Below are positions 1 to 15,000 of a stretch of 64,000 nt of DNA, piece by piece (within the stretch, counting starts at the first letter, position 1; every line of letters starts with the position of its first letter). The position numbers and the translations under genes are program-made. This DNA is from Eledone cirrhosa (Eukaryota): positions 23,312,001-23,376,000 of the forward strand of contig OZ024740.1 of the NCBI GenBank assembly GCA_964016885.1. The letters run 5' to 3'. Under the pieces are notes generated by a model. It did not search any database. It worked only from the letters and a program-made list of their open reading frames with translations, and was not told where the DNA came from.

Positions 1-3000
1 GATAATAGTGTGTCGGATGATAGTGTGTCGGTTGTCAGTATTGGTAGTGTGTCGGATAATAGTGTGTCGGATAATAGTGTGTCGGTTGTCAGTATTGGTA
101 GTGTGTCGGATAATAGTGTGTCGGTTGTCAGTATTGATAGTGTGTCGGATAATAGTGTGTCAGTTGTCAGTACTGGTAGTGTGTCGGATAATAGTGTGTC
201 GGTTGTCAGTATTGGTAGTGTGTCGGATAATAGTGTGTCGGTTGTCAGTATTGGTAGTGTGTCGGATAATAGTGTGTCGGTTGTCAGTATTGGTAGTGTG
301 TCGGATAATAGTGTGTCAGTTGTCAGTATTGGTAGTGTGTCGGATAATAGTGTGTCAGTTGTCAGTATTGTTAGTGTGTCGGATAATTGTGTGTCGGTTG
401 TCAGTATTGGTAGTGTGTCGGATAATTGTGTGTTGGTTGTCAGTATTGGTAGTGTGTCGGATAATAGTGTGTCGGTTGTCAGTATTGGTAGTGTGTCGGT
501 TGTCAGTATTGGTAGTGTGTCGGTTGTCAGTATTGGTAGTGTGTCGGATAATAGTGTGTCGGTTGTCAGTGTTGGTAGTGTGTCGGATAATAGTGTGTCG
601 GTTGTCAGTATCGGTAGTGTATCGGATAATAGTGTGTCGGTTGTCAGTATTGGTAGTGTGTCGGATAATAGTGTGTCGGTTGTCAGTATTGGTAGTGTGT
701 CGGATAATAGTGTGTCAGTTGTCAGTATTGGTAGTGTGTCGGATAATAGTGTGTGAGTTGTCAGTATTGGTAGTGTGTCGGATAATAGTGTGTCGGTTGT
801 CAGTATTGGTAGTGTGTCAGTTGTCAGCATTGGTAGTGTGTCGGATAAGAGTGTGTCAGTTGTCAGTATTGGTAGTGTGTCGGATAATAGTGTGTCAGTT
901 GTCAGTATTGGTAGTGTGTCGGATAAGAGTGTGTCAGTTGTCAGTATTGGTAGTGTGTCGCATAATAGTGTGTCAGTTGTCAGTATTGGTAGTGTGTCAG
1001 ATAAGAGTGTGTCAGTTGTCAGTATTGGTAGTGTGTCGGATAATAGTGTGTCGGTTGTCAGTATTGGTAGTGTGTCGGATAATAGTGTGTCGGTTGTCAG
1101 TATTGGTAGTGTGTCGGATAATAGTGTGTCGGTTGTCAGTATTGGTAGTGTGTCGGATAATAGTGTGTCAGTTGTCAGTATTGGTAGTGTGTCGGATAAT
1201 AGTGTGTGAGTTGTCAGTATTGGTAGTGTGTCGGATAATAGTGTGTCGGTTGTCAGTATTGGTAGTGTGTCAGTTGTCAGCATTGGTAGTGTGTCGGATA
1301 ATAGTGTGTCAGTTGTCAGTATTGGTAGTGTGTCGGATAATAGTGTGTCAGTTGTCAGTATTGGTAGTGTGTCGGATAATAGTGTGTCGGTTGTCAGTAT
1401 TGGTAGTGTGTCGGATAATAGTGTGTCGGTTGTCAGTATTGGTAGTGTATCGGATAATAGTGTGTCGGTTATCAGTATTGGTAGTGTGTCGGATAATAGT
1501 GTGTCGGTTGTCAGTATTGGTAGTGTGTCGGATAATAGTGTGTCGGTTGTCAGTATTGGTAGTGTGTCGGATAATAGTGTGTCAGTTGTCAGTATTGGTA
1601 GTGTGTCGGATAATAGTGTGTCGGTTGTCAGTATTGGTAGTGTGTCGGATAATAGTGTGTCGGTTGTCAGTATTGGTAGTGTGTCGGATAATAGTGTGTC
1701 GGTTATCAGTATTGGTAGTGTGTCGGATAATAGAGTGTCGGTTGTCAGTATTGGTAGTGTGTCGGATAATAGTGTGTCGGTTATCAGTATTGGTAGTGTG
1801 TCGGATAATAGTGTGTCGGTTGTCAGTATTGGTAGTGTGTCGGATAATAGTGTGTCGGTTGTCAGTATTGGTAGTGTGTCGGATAATAGTGTGTCAGTTG
1901 TCAGTATTGGTAGTGTGTCGGATAATAGTGTGTCAGTTGTCAGTATTGGTAGTGTGTCGGATAATAGTGTGTCGGTTGTCAGTATTGGTAGTGTGTCGGA
2001 TAATAGTGTGTCGGTTGTCAGTATTGGTAGTGTGTCGGATAATAGTGTGTCGGTTATCAGTATTGGTAGTGTGTCGGATAATAGTGTGTCGGTTGTCAGT
2101 ATTGGTAGTGTGTCGGATAATAGTGTGTCGGTTGTCAGTATTGGTAGTGTGTCGGATAATAGTGTGTCAGTTATCAGTATTGGTAGTGTGTCGGATAATA
2201 GTGTGTCGGTTGGCAGTATTGGTAGTGTGTCGGATAATAGTGTGTCGGTTGTAAGTATTGGTAGTGTGTCGGATAATAGTGTGTCGGTTGTCAGTATTGG
2301 TAGTGTGTCGGATAATAGTGTGTCAGTTGTCAGTATTGGTAGTGTGTCGGATAATAGTGTGTCAGTTGTCAGTATTGGTAGTGTGTCGGATAATAGTGTG
2401 TCGGTTGTCAGTATTGGTAGTGTGTCGGATAATAGTGTGTCGGTTGTCAGTATTGGTAGTGTGTCGGATAATAGTGTGTCGGTTGTCAGTATTGGTAGTG
2501 TGTCGGATAATAGTGTGTCGGTTGTCAGTATTGGTAGTGTGTCGGATAATAGTGTGTCAGTTGTCATTATTGGTAGTGTGTCGGATAATAGTGTGTCGGT
2601 TGTCAGTATTGGTAGTGTGTCGGATAATAGTGTGTCGGTTGTCAGTATTGGTAGTGTGTCGGATAATAGTGTGTCGGTTGTCAGTATTGGTAGTGTGTCG
2701 GATAATAGTGTGTCAGTTGTCAGTATTGGTAGTGTGTCGGATAATTGTGTGTCGCTTGTCAGTATTGGTAGTGTGTCGGATAATAGTGTGTCGGTTGTCA
2801 GTATTGGTAGTGTGTCGGATAATAGTGTGTCGGTTATCAGTATTGGTAGTGTGTCGGATAATAGTGTGTCGGTTGTCAGTATTGGTAGTGTGTCGGATAA
2901 CAGTGTGTCAGTTGTCAGTATTGGTAGTGTGTCGGATAATTGTGTGTCGCTTGTCAGTATTGGTAGTGTGTCGGATAATAGTGTGTCGGTTGTCAGTATT

Positions 3001-6000
3001 GGTAGTGTGTCGGATAATAGTGTGTCGGTTATCAGTATTGGTAGTGTGTCGGATAATAGTGTGTCGGTTGTCAGTATTGGTAGTGTGTCGGATAATAGTG
3101 TGTCGGTTGTCAGTATTGGTAGTGTTTCGGATAATAGTGTGTCAGTTGTCAGTATTGGTAGTGTGTCGGATAATAGTGTGTCAGTTGTCAGTATTGGTAG
3201 TGTGTCGGATAATAGTGTGTCGGTGGTCAGTATTGGTAGTGTGTCGGATAATAGTGTGTCGGTTGTCAGTATTGGTAGTGTGTCGGATAATAGTGTGTCG
3301 GTTATCAGTATTGGTAGTGTGTCGGATAATAGTGTGTCGGTTGTCAGTATTGGTAGTGTGTCGGATAATAGTGTGTCGGTTATCAGTATTGGTAGTGTGT
3401 CGGATAATAGTGTGTCGGTTGTCAGTATTGGTAGTGTGTCGGATAATAGTGTGTCAGTTGTCAGTATTGGTAATGTGTCGGATAATAGTGTGTCGGTTGT
3501 CAGTATTGGTAGTGTGTCGGATAAAGTGTGTGTCGGTTGTCAGTATTGGTAGTGTGTCGGATAGTAGTGTGTCAGTTATCAGTATTGGTAGTGTGCCGGA
3601 TAATAGTGTGTCGGTTGGCAGTATTGGTAGTGTGTCGGATAATAGTGTGTCAGTTGTCAGTATTGGTAGTGTGTCGGAAATTAGTGTGTCGGTTGTCAGT
3701 ATTGGTAGTGTGTCGCATAATAGTGTGTCAGTTGTCAGTATTGGTAGTGTGTCGGATAATAGTGTGTCAGTTGTCAGTATTGGTAGTGTGTCAGATAAGA
3801 GTGTGTCAGTTGTCAGTATTGGTAGTGTGTCGGATAATAGTGTGTTGGTTGTCAGTATTGGTAGTGTGTCGGATAATAGTGTGTCAGATGTCAGTATTGG
3901 TAGTGTGTCGGATAATAGTGTGTCGGTTGTCAGTATTGGTAGTGTGTCGGATAATAGTGTGTCGGGTGTCAGTATTCGTAGTGTGTCGGATAATAGTGTG
4001 TCGGTTGTCAGTATTGGTAGTGTGTAGGTTGTCAGTATTGGTAGTGTGTCGGATAATAGTGTGTCGGTTGTCAGTATTGGTAGTGTGTCGGATAATAGTG
4101 TGTCGGTTGTCAGTATTGGTAGTGTGTCGGATAATAGTGTGTCAGTTGTCAGTATTGGTAGTGTGTCGGATAATAGTGTGTCAGTTGTCAGTATTGGTAG
4201 TGTGTCGGATAATAGTGTGTCAGTTGTCAGTATTGGTAGTGTGTCGGATAATAGTGTGTCAGTTGTCAGTATTGGTAGTGTGTCGGATAATAGTGTGTCA
4301 GTTGTCAGTATTGGTAGTGTGTCGGATAATAGTGTGTCGGTTGTCAGTATTGGTAGTGTGTCGGTTGTCAGTATTGGTAGTGTGTAGGTTGTCAGTATTG
4401 GTAGTGTGTCGGATAATAGTGTGTCGGTTGTCAGTATTGGTAGTGTGTCGGATAATAGTGTGTCAGTTGTCAGTATTGGTAGTGTGTCGGATAATAGTGT
4501 GCCAGTTGGCAGTATTGGTAGTGTGTCGGATAATAGTGTGTCGGTTGTCAGAATTGGTAGTGTGTCGGATAATAGTGTGTCGGTTGTCAGTATTGGTAGT
4601 GTGTCGGATAATAGTGTGTCGGTTGTCAGTATTGGTAGTGTGTCGGATAATAGTGTGTCGGTTGTCAGTATTGGTAGTGTGTCGGTTGTCAGTATTGGTA
4701 GTGTGTCAGATAATAGTGTGTCGGATAATAGTGTGTCGGTTGTCAGTATTGGTAGTGTGTCGGATAATAGTGTGTCGGTTGTCAGTATTGGTAGTGTGTC
4801 GGTTGGCAGTATTGGTAGTGTGTCAGATAATAGTGTGTCGGATGATAGTGTGTCGGTTGTCAGTATTGGTAGTGTGTCGGATAATAGTGTGTCGGATAAT
4901 AGTGTGTCGGTTGTCAGTATTGGTAGTGTGTCGGATAATAGTGTGTCGGTTGTCAGTATTGATAGTGTGTCGGATAATAGTGTGTCAGTTGTCAGTACTG
5001 GTAGTGTGTCGGATAATAGTGTGTCGGTTGTCAGTATTGGTAGTGTGTCGGATAATAGTGTGTCGGTTGTCAGTATTGGTAGTGTGTCGGATAATAGTGT
5101 GTCGGTTGTCAGTATTGGTAGTGTGTCGGATAATAGTGTGTCAGTTGTCAGTATTGGTAGTGTGTCGGATAATAGTGTGTCAGTTGTCAGTATTGTTAGT
5201 GTGTCGGATAATTGTGTGTCGGTTGTCAGTATTGGTAGTGTGTCGGATAATTGTGTGTTGGTTGTCAGTATTGGTAGTGTGTCGGATAATAGTGTGTCGG
5301 TTGTCAGTATTGGTAGTGTGTCGGTTGTCAGTATTGGTAGTGTGTCGGTTGTCAGTATTGGTAGTGTGTCGGATAATAGTGTGTCGGTTGTCAGTGTTGG
5401 TAGTGTGTCGGATAATAGTGTGTCGGTTGTCAGTATCGGTAGTGTATCGGATAATAGTGTGTCGGTTGTCAGTATTGGTAGTGTGTCAGTTGTCAGCATT
5501 GGTAGTGTGTCGGATAATAGTGTGTCGGTTGTCAGTATTGGTAGTGTGTCAGACAATAGTGTGTCGGTTGTCAGTATTGGTAGTGTGTCGGATAATAGTG
5601 TGTCAGTTGTCAGTATTGGTAGTGTGTGGGATAATAGTGTGTCAGTTGTCAGTATTGGTAGTGTGTCAGATAATAGTGTGTCAGTTGTCAGTATTGGTAA
5701 TGTGTCGGTTGGCAGTATTGGTAGTGTGTCGGATAATAGTGTGTCAGTTGGCAGAATAGGTAGTGTGTCGGATAATAGTGTGTCGGTTGTCAGTATTGGT
5801 AGTGTGTCGGATAATAGTGTGTCAGTTGTCAGTATTGGTAGTGTGTGGGATAATAGTGTGTCGGTTGTCAGTATTGGTAATGTGTCGGTTGGCAGTATTG
5901 GTAGTGTGTCGGATAATAGTGTGTCAGTTGTCAGTATTGGTAGTGTGTCGGTTGTCAGTATTGGTAGTGTGTCGGTTGTCAGTATTGGTAGTGTGTCGGA

Positions 6001-9000
6001 TAATAGTGTGTCGGTCGTCAGTATTGGTAGTGTGTCGGTTGTCAGTATTGGTAGTTGTCGGATAATAGTGTGTTAGTTGTCAGTATTGGTAATGTGTCGG
6101 TTGTCAGTATTGGTAGTGTGTCGGATAATAGTGTGTCGGTTGTCAGTATTGGTAGTGTGTCGGATAATAGTGTGTCGTTTGTCAGTATTGGTAGTGTGTC
6201 GGATAATAGTGTGTCAGTTGTCACTATTGGTAGTGTGTCGGTTGTCAGTATTGGTAGTGTGTCGTGTAATAGTGTGTCGTTTGTCAGTATTGGTAGTGTG
6301 TCGGATAATAGTGGGTCGGTTGGCAGTATTGGTAGTGTGTCGGATAATAGTGTGTCGGTTGTCAGTATTGGTAGTGTGTCGGATAATAGTGTGTCGGTTG
6401 TCAGTATTGGTAGTGTGTCGGATAATAGTGTGTCGGTTGGCAGTATTGGTAGTGTGTCGGATAATAGTGTGTCAGTTGTCAGTATTGGTAGTGTGTCGGA
6501 TAATAGTGTGTCGGTTGTCAGTATTGGTAGTGTGTCGGGTAATAGTGTGTCGTTTGTCAGTATTGGTAGTGTGTCGGATAATAGTGTGTCAGTTGTCAGT
6601 ATGGGTAGTGTGTCGGATAATAGTGTGTCGGTTGTCAGTATTGGTAGTGTGTCGGATAATAGTGTGTCAGTTGTCAGTATGGGTAGTGTGTCGGATAATA
6701 GTGTGTCAGTTGTCAGTATGGGTAGTGTTTCGGATAATAGTGTGTCAGTTGTCAGTATTGGTAGTGTGTCAGTTAATAGTGTCTCGGTTGGCAGTATTGG
6801 TAGTGTGTCGGATATTAGTGTGTCGGTTGTCAGTATTGGTAGTGTGTCGGATAATAGTGTGTCAGTTGGCAGTATTTGTAGTGTGTCGGATAATAGTGTG
6901 TCGGTTGTCAGTATTGGTAGTGTGTTGGATACTAGTGTGTCGGTTGTCAGTATTGGTAGTGTGTCGGATAATAGTGTGTCGGTTGTCAGTATTGGTAGTG
7001 TGTCGGATAATAGTGTGTCGGTTGTCAGTATTGGTAGTGTGTCGGATAATAGTGTGTCAGTTGTCAGTATTGGTAGTGTGTGGGATAATAGTGTGTCAGT
7101 TGTCAGTATTGGTAGTGTGTCGGATAATAGTGTGTCGGTTGTCAGTATTGGTAGTGTGTCGCTTGGCAGTATTGGTAGTGTGTCGGTTGGCAGTATTGGT
7201 AGTGTGGCGGATAATAGTGTGTCGGTTGGCAGTATTGGTAGTGTGTCGGTTGGCAGTATAGTTAGTGTTTCGGTTGGTAGTATTGGTAGTGTGTCGGATA
7301 ATAGTATGTCAGTTGTCAGTATTGGTTGTGTGTCGGATAATAGTGTGTCGGTTGTCAGAATAGGTAGTGTGTCGGATAATAGTGTGTCGGCTGTCAGTAT
7401 TGGTAGTGTGTCGGATAATAGTGTGTCAGTTGTCAGTATTGGTAGTGTGTGGGATAATAGTGTGTCGGTTGTCAGTATTGGTAATGTGTCGGTTGGCAGT
7501 ATTGGTAGTGTGTCGGATAATAGTGTGTAAGTTGTCAGTATTGGTAGTGTGTCGGTTGTCAGTATTGGTAGTGTGTCGGATACTAGTGTGTCGGTTGTCA
7601 GTATTGGTAGTGTGTCGGATAATAGTGTGTCGGTTGTCAGTATTGGTAATGTGTCGGATAATAGTGTGTCGGTTGTCAGTATTAGTAGTGTGTCGGATAA
7701 TAGTGTGTCAGTTGTCACTATTGGTAGTGTGTCGGTTGTCAGTATTGGTAGTGTGTCAGTTGTCAGCATTGGTAGTGTGTCGGATAATAGTGTGTCGGTT
7801 GTCAGTATTGGTAGTGTGTCTGATAATAGTGTGTCGGTTTTCAGTATTGGTAGTGTGTCGGTTGTCAGTATTGGTAGTGTGTCGGATAATAGTGTGTCAG
7901 ATGTCAGTATTGGTAGTGTGTGGGATAATAGTGTGTCGGTTGTCAGTATTGGTAGTGTGTCAGTTGTCAGCATTGGTAGTGTGTCGGATAATAGTGTGTC
8001 GGTTGTCAGTATTGGTAGTGTGTCAGACAATAGTGTGTCGGTTGTCAGTATTGGTAGTGTGTCGGATAATAGTGTGTCAGTTGTCAGTATTGGTAGTGTG
8101 TGGGATAATAGTGTGTCAGTTGTCAGTATTGGTAGTGTGTCGGATAATAGTGTGTCAGTTGTCAGTATAGGTAATGTGTCGGTTGGCAGTATTGGTAGTG
8201 TGTCGGATAATAGTGTGTCAGTTGTCAGAATAGGTAGTGTGTCGGATAATAGTGTGTCGGTTGTCAGTATTGGTAGTGTGTCGGATAATAGTGTGTCAGT
8301 TGTCAGTATTGGTAGTGTGTGGGATAATAGTGTGTCGGTTGTCAGTATTGGTAATGTGTCGGTTGGCAGTATTGGTAGTGTGTCGGATAATAGTGTGTCA
8401 GTTGTCAGTATTGGTAGTGTGTCGGTTGTCAGTATTGGTAGTGTGTCGGATAATAGTGTGTCGGTTGTCAGTATTGGTAGTGTGTCGGTTGTCAGTATTG
8501 GTAGTGTGTCGGATAATAGTGTGTCGGTCGTCAGTATTGGTAGTGTGTCGGTTGTCAGTATTGGTAGTGTGTCGGATAATAGTGTGTTAGTTGTCAGTAT
8601 TGGTAATGTGTCGGATGTCAGTATTGGTAGTGTGTCGGATAATAGTGTGTCGGTTGTCAGTATTGGTAGTGTGTCGGATAATAGTGTGTCGGTTGTCAGT
8701 ATTGGTAGTGAGTCGGATAATAGTGTGTCAGTTGTCACTATTGGTAGTGTGTCGGTTGTCAGTATTGGTAGTGTGTCGTGTAATAGTGTGTCGTTTGTCA
8801 GTATTGGTAGTGTGTCGGATAATAGTGGGTCGGTTGGCAGTATTGGTAGTGTGTCGGATAATAGTGTGTCGGTTGTCAGTATTGGTAGTGTGTCGGATAA
8901 TAGTGTGTCGGTTGTCAGTATTGGTATTGTGTCGGATAGTAGTGTGTCGGTTGGCAGTATTGGTAGTGTGTCAGATAATAGTGTGTCAGTTGTCAGTATT

Positions 9001-12000
9001 GGTAGTGTGTCGGATAATAGTGTGTCGGTTGTCAGTATTGGTAGTGTGTCGGGTAATAGTGTGTCGTTTGTCAGTATTGGTAGTGTGTCGGATAATAGTG
9101 TGTCAGTTGTCAGTATGGGTAGTGTGTCGGATAATAGTGTGTCGGTTGTCAGTATTGGTAGTGTGTCGGATAATAGTGTGTCAGTTGTCAGTATGGGTAG
9201 TGTGTCGGATAATAGTGTGTCAGTTGTCAGTATGGGTAGTGTTTCGGATAATAGTGTGTCAGTTGTCAGTATTGGTAGTGTGTCGGATAATAGTGTGTCG
9301 GTTGGCAGTATTGGTAGTGTGTCGGATATTAGTGTGTCGGTTGTCAGTATTGGTAGTGTGTCGGATAATAGTGTGTCAGTTGGCAGTATTGGTAGTGTGT
9401 CGGATAATAGTGTGTCGGTTGTCAGTATTGGTAGTGTGTTGGATAATAGTGTGTCGGTTGTCAGTATTGGTAGTGTGTCGGATAATAGTGTGTCGGTTGT
9501 CAGTATTGGTAGTGTGTCGGATAATAGTGTGTCGGTTGTCAGTATTGGTAGTGTGTCGGATAATAGTGTGTCAGTTGTCAGTATTGGTAGTGTGTGGGAT
9601 AATCGTGTGTCAGTTGTCAGTATTGGCAGTGTGTCGGATAATAGTGTGTCGGTTGTCAGTATTGGTAGTGTGTTGCTTGGCAGTATTGGTAGTGTGTCGG
9701 TTGGCAGTATTGGTAGTGTGGCGGATAATAGTGTGTCGGTTGTCAGTATTGGTAGTGTGTCGGTTGGCAGTATTGGTAGTGTTTCGGTTGGCAGTATTGG
9801 TAGTGTGTCGGATAATAGTATGTCAGTTGTCAGTATTGGTTGTGTGTCAGATAATAGTGTGTCAGTTGTCAATATTGGTAGTGTGTCGGATAATAGTGTG
9901 TCGGTTGTCAGTATTGGTAGTGTGTCGGATAATAGTGTGTCGGTTGTCAGTATTGGTAGTGTGTCGGTTGGCAGTATTGGTAGTGTGTCGGATAATAGTG
10001 TGTCGGTTGGCAGTATTGGTAGTGTGTCGGATAATAGTGTGTCGGTTGGCAGTATTGGTAGTGTGTCGGATAATAGTGTGTCGGTTGGCAGTATTGGTAG
10101 TGTGTGGGATAATAGTGTGTCGGTTGTCAGTATTGGTAGTGTGTCAGTTGTCAGCATTGGTAGTGTGTCGGATAATAGTGTGTCGGTTGTCAGTATTGGT
10201 AGTGTGTCAGACAATAGTGTGTCGGTTGTCAGTATTGGTAGTGTGTCGGATAATAGTGTGTCAGTTGTCAGTATTGGTAGTGTGTGGGATAATAGTGTGT
10301 CAGTTGTCAGTATTGGTAGTGTGTCGGATAATAGTGTGTCAGTTGTCAGTATAGGTAATGTGTCGGTTGGCAGTATTGGTAGTGTGTCGGATAATAGTGT
10401 GTCAGTTGTCAGAATAGGTAGTGTGTCGGATAATAGTGTGTCGGTTGTCAGTATTGGTAGTGTGTCGGATAATAGTGTGTCAGTTGTCAGTATTGGTAGT
10501 GTGTGGGATAATAGTGTGTCGGTTGTCAGTATTGGTAATGTGTCGGTTGGCAGTATTGGTAGTGTGTCGGATAATAGTGTGTCAGTTGTCAGTATTGGTA
10601 GTGTGTCGGTTGTCAGTATTGGTAGTGTGTCGGATAATAGTGTGTCGGTTGTCAGTATTGGTAGTGTGTCGGTTGTCAGTATTGGTAGTGTGTCGGATAA
10701 TAGTGTGTCGGTCGTCAGTATTGGTAGTGTGTCGGTTGTCAGTATTGGTAGTGTGTCGGATAATAGTGTGTTAGTTGTCAGTATTGGTAATGTGTCGGAT
10801 GTCAGTATTGGTAGTGTGTCGGATAATAGTGTGTCGGTTGTCAGTATTGGTAGTGTGTCGGATAATAGTGTGTCGGTTGTCAGTATTGGTAGTGAGTCGG
10901 ATAATAGTGTGTCAGTTGTCACTATTGGTAGTGTGTCGGTTGTCAGTATTGGTAGTGTGTCGTGTAATAGTGTGTCGTTTGTCAGTATTGGTAGTGTGTC
11001 GGATAATAGTGGGTCGGTTGGCAGTATTGGTAGTGTGTCGGATAATAGTGTGTCGGTTGTCAGTATTGGTAGTGTGTCGGATAATAGTGTGTCGGTTGTC
11101 AGTATTGGTATTGTGTCGGATAGTAGTGTGTCGGTTGGCAGTATTGGTAGTGTGTCAGATAATAGTGTGTCAGTTGTCAGTATTGGTAGTGTGTCGGATA
11201 ATAGTGTGTCGGTTGTCAGTATTGGTAGTGTGTCCGGTAATAGTGTGTCGTTTGTCAGTATTGGTAGTGTGTCGGATAATAGTGTGTCAGTTGTCAGTAT
11301 GGGTAGTGTGTCGGATAATAGTGTGTCGGTTGTCAGTATTGGTAGTGTGTCGGATAATAGTGTGTCAGTTGTCAGTATGGGTAGTGTGTCGGATAATAGT
11401 GTGTCAGTTGTCAGTATGGGTAGTGTTTCGGATAATAGTGTGTCAGTTGTCAGTATTGGTAGTGTGTCGGATAATAGTGTGTCGGTTGGCAGTATTGGTA
11501 GTGTGTCGGATATTAGTGTGTCGGTTGTCAGTATTGGTAGTGTGTCGGATAATAGTGTGTCAGTTGGCAGTATTGGTAGTGTGTCGGATAATAGTGTGTC
11601 GGTTGTCAGTATTGGTAGTGTGTTGGATAATAGTGTGTCGGTTGTCAGTATTGGTAGTGTGTCGGATAATAGTGTGTCGGTTGTCAGTATTGGTAGTGTG
11701 TCGGATAATAGTGTGTCGGTTGTCAGTATTGGTAGTGTGTCGGATAATAGTGTGTCAGTTGTCAGTATTGGTAGTGTGTGGGATAATCGTGTGTCAGTTG
11801 TCAGTATTGGCAGTGTGTCGGATAATAGTGTGTCGGTTGTCAGTATTGGTAGTGTGTTGCTTGGCAGTATTGGTAGTGTGTCGGTTGGCAGTATTGGTAG
11901 TGTGGCGGATAATAGTGTGTCGGTTGTCAGTATTGGTAGTGTGTCGGTTGGCAGTATTGGTAGTGTTTCGGTTGGCAGTATTGGTAGTGTGTCGGATAAT

Positions 12001-15000
12001 AGTATGTCAGTTGTCAGTATTGGTTGTGTGTCAGATAATAGTGTGTCAGTTGTCAATATTGGTAGTGTGTCGGATAATAGTGTGTCGGTTGTCAGTATTG
12101 GTAGTGTGTCGGATAATAGTGTGTCGGTTGTCAGTATTGGTAGTGTGTCGGTTGGCAGTATTGGTAGTGTGTCGGATAATAGTGTGTCGGTTGGCAGTAT
12201 TGGTAGTGTGTCGGATAATAGTGTGTCGGTTGGCAGTATTGGTAGTGTGTCGGATAATAGTGTGTCGGTTGGCAGTATTGGTAGTGTGTGGGATAATAGT
12301 GTGTCGGTTGTCAGTATTGGTAGTGTGTCGGTTGGCAGTATTGGTAGTGTGTCGCATAATAGTGTGTCAGTTGTCAGTATTGGTAGTGTGTAGGTTGTCA
12401 GTATTGGTAGTGTGGCGGATAATAGTGTGTCGGTTGACAGTATTGGTAGTGTGTCGGTTGTCAGTATTGGTAGTGTGTCGCATAATAGTGTGTCAGTTGT
12501 CAGTATTGGTAGTGTGTCGGTTGGCAGTATTGGTACTGTGTCGGATAATTGTGTGTTGGTTGTCAGTATTGGTAGCGTGTCGCATAATATTGTGTCAGTT
12601 ATCAGTATTGGTAGTGTGTCGGATAATAGTGTGTCGGTTGTCAGTATTGGTACTGTGTCGGATAATAGTGTGTCGGTTGTCAGTATTGGTAGTGTGTGGG
12701 ATAATAGTGTGTCAGTTGTCAGTATTGGTAGTGTGTCGGATAATAGTGTGTCGGTTGGCAGTATTGGTAGTGTGTCGGATAATAGTGTGTCGGTTGTCAG
12801 TATTGGTAGTGTGTCGGATAATAGTGTGTCAGTTGTCAGTATTGGTAGTGTGTCGGATAATAGTGTGTCAGTTGTCAGTATTGGTAGTGTGTCGGATAAT
12901 AGTGTGTCGGTTGTCAGTATTGGTAGTGTGTCGCATAATAGTGTGTCAGTTGTCAGTATTGGTAGTGTGTCGGATAATAGTGTGCCGGTTGTCAGTATTG
13001 GTAGAGTGTCCAATAATAGTGTGTCGGTTGTCAGTATTGGTAGTGTGTCGGATAATAGTGTGTCGGTTGTCAGTATTGGTAGTGTGTCGGATAATAGTGT
13101 GTCAGTTGTCAGTATCGGTAGTGTGTCGGATAATAGTGTGTCGGTTGGCAGTATTGGTAGTGTGTCGGTTGTCAGTATTGGTAGTGTGTCGGATAATAGT
13201 GTGTCAGTTGTCAGTATTGGTAGTGTGTCGGATAATAGTGTGTCGGTTGGCAGTATTGGTAGTGTGTCGCTTGGCAGTATTGGTAGTGTGTCGGTTGGCA
13301 GTATTGGTAGTGTGGCGGATAATAGTGTGTCGGTTGTCAGTATTGGTAGTGTTTCGGTTGGCAGTATTGGTAGTGTGTCGGATAATAGTATGTCAGTTGT
13401 CAGTATTGGTTGTGTGTCGGATAATAGTGTGTCAGTTGTCAATATTGGTAGTGTGTCGGATAATAGTGTGTCGGTTGTCAGTATTGGTAGTGTGTCGGAT
13501 AATAGTGTGTCGGTTGTCCATATTGGTAGTGTGTCGGTTGGCAGTATTGGTAGTGTGTCGGATAATAGTGTGTCGGTTGTCAGTATTGGTAGTGTGTCGG
13601 TTGGCAGTATTGGTAGTGTGACGGTTGGCAGTATTGGTAGTGTGTCGGATAATAGTATGTCAGTTGTCAGTATTGGTAGTGTGACGGATAATAGTGAGTC
13701 AGTTGTCAGTATTGGTAGTGTGTCGGATAATAGTGTGCCGGTTGTCAGTATTGGTACTGTGTCGGATAATAGTGTGTCGGTTGTCAGTATTGGTAGTGTG
13801 TCGGATAATAGTGTGTCAGTTGTCAGTATTGGTAGTGTGTCGGATAATAGTGTTTCGGTTGTCAGTATTGGTAGTGTGTCGGATAATAGTGTGTCGGTTG
13901 TCAGTATTGGTAGTGTGTCGGATAATAGTGTGTCAGTTGTCAGTATTGGTAGTGTGTCGGATAACCGTGTGTCAGTTGTCAGTATTGGTAGTGTGTCGGA
14001 TAATAGTGTGTCGGTTGTCAGTATTGGTAGTGTGTCGCATAATAGTGTGTCAGTTGTCAGTATTGGTAGTGTGTCGGATAATAGTGTGTCAGTTGTCAGT
14101 ATTGGTAGTGTGTCGGATAATAGTGTGTCAGTTGTCAGTATTGGTAATGTGTCGGATAATAGTGTGTCGGTTGTCAGTATTGGTAGTGTGTCGGATAATA
14201 GTGTGTCGGTTGGCAGTATTGGTAGTGTGTCGGTTGGCAGTATTGGTAGTGTGTCGGATAATAGTGTGTGATTTGTCAGTATTGGTAGTGTGTCGGATAA
14301 TAGTGTGTCGGTTGTCAGTATTGGTAGTGTGTCGGATAATTGTGTGTCGGTTGGCAGTATTGGTAGTGTGTCGGTTGTCAGTATTGGTAGTGTGTCGGAT
14401 AATAGTGTGTCGGTTGTCAGTATTGGTAGTGTGTCGGATAATAGTGTGTCGGTTGTCAGTATTGGTAGTGTGTCGGATAATAGTGTGTCAGTTGTCAGTA
14501 TTGGTAGTGTGTCGGATAATAGTGTGTCGGTTGTCAGTATTGGTAGTGTGTCGCTTGGCAGTATTGGTAGTGTGTCGGTTGACAGTATTGGTAGTGTGGC
14601 GGATAATAGTGTGTCGGTTGTCAGTATTGGTAGTGTGTCGGTTGGCAGTATTGGTAGTGTTTCGGTTGGCAGTATTGGTAGTGTGTCGGATAATAGTATG
14701 TCAGTTGTCAGTATTGGTTGTGTGTCGGATAATAGTGTGTCAGTTGTCAATATTGGTAGTGTGTCGGATAATAGTGTGTCGGTTGTCAGTATTGGTAGTA
14801 TGTCGGATAATAGTGTGTCGGTTGTCAGTATTGGTAGTGTGTCGGTTGGCAGTATTGGTAGTGTGTCGGTTGTCAGTATTGGTAGTGTGTCGGATAATAG
14901 TGTGTCGGTTGTCAGTATTGGTAGTGTGTCGGTTGGCAGTATTGGTAGTGTGTCGGATAATAGTATGTCAGTTGTCAGTATTGGTAGTGTGACGGATAAT

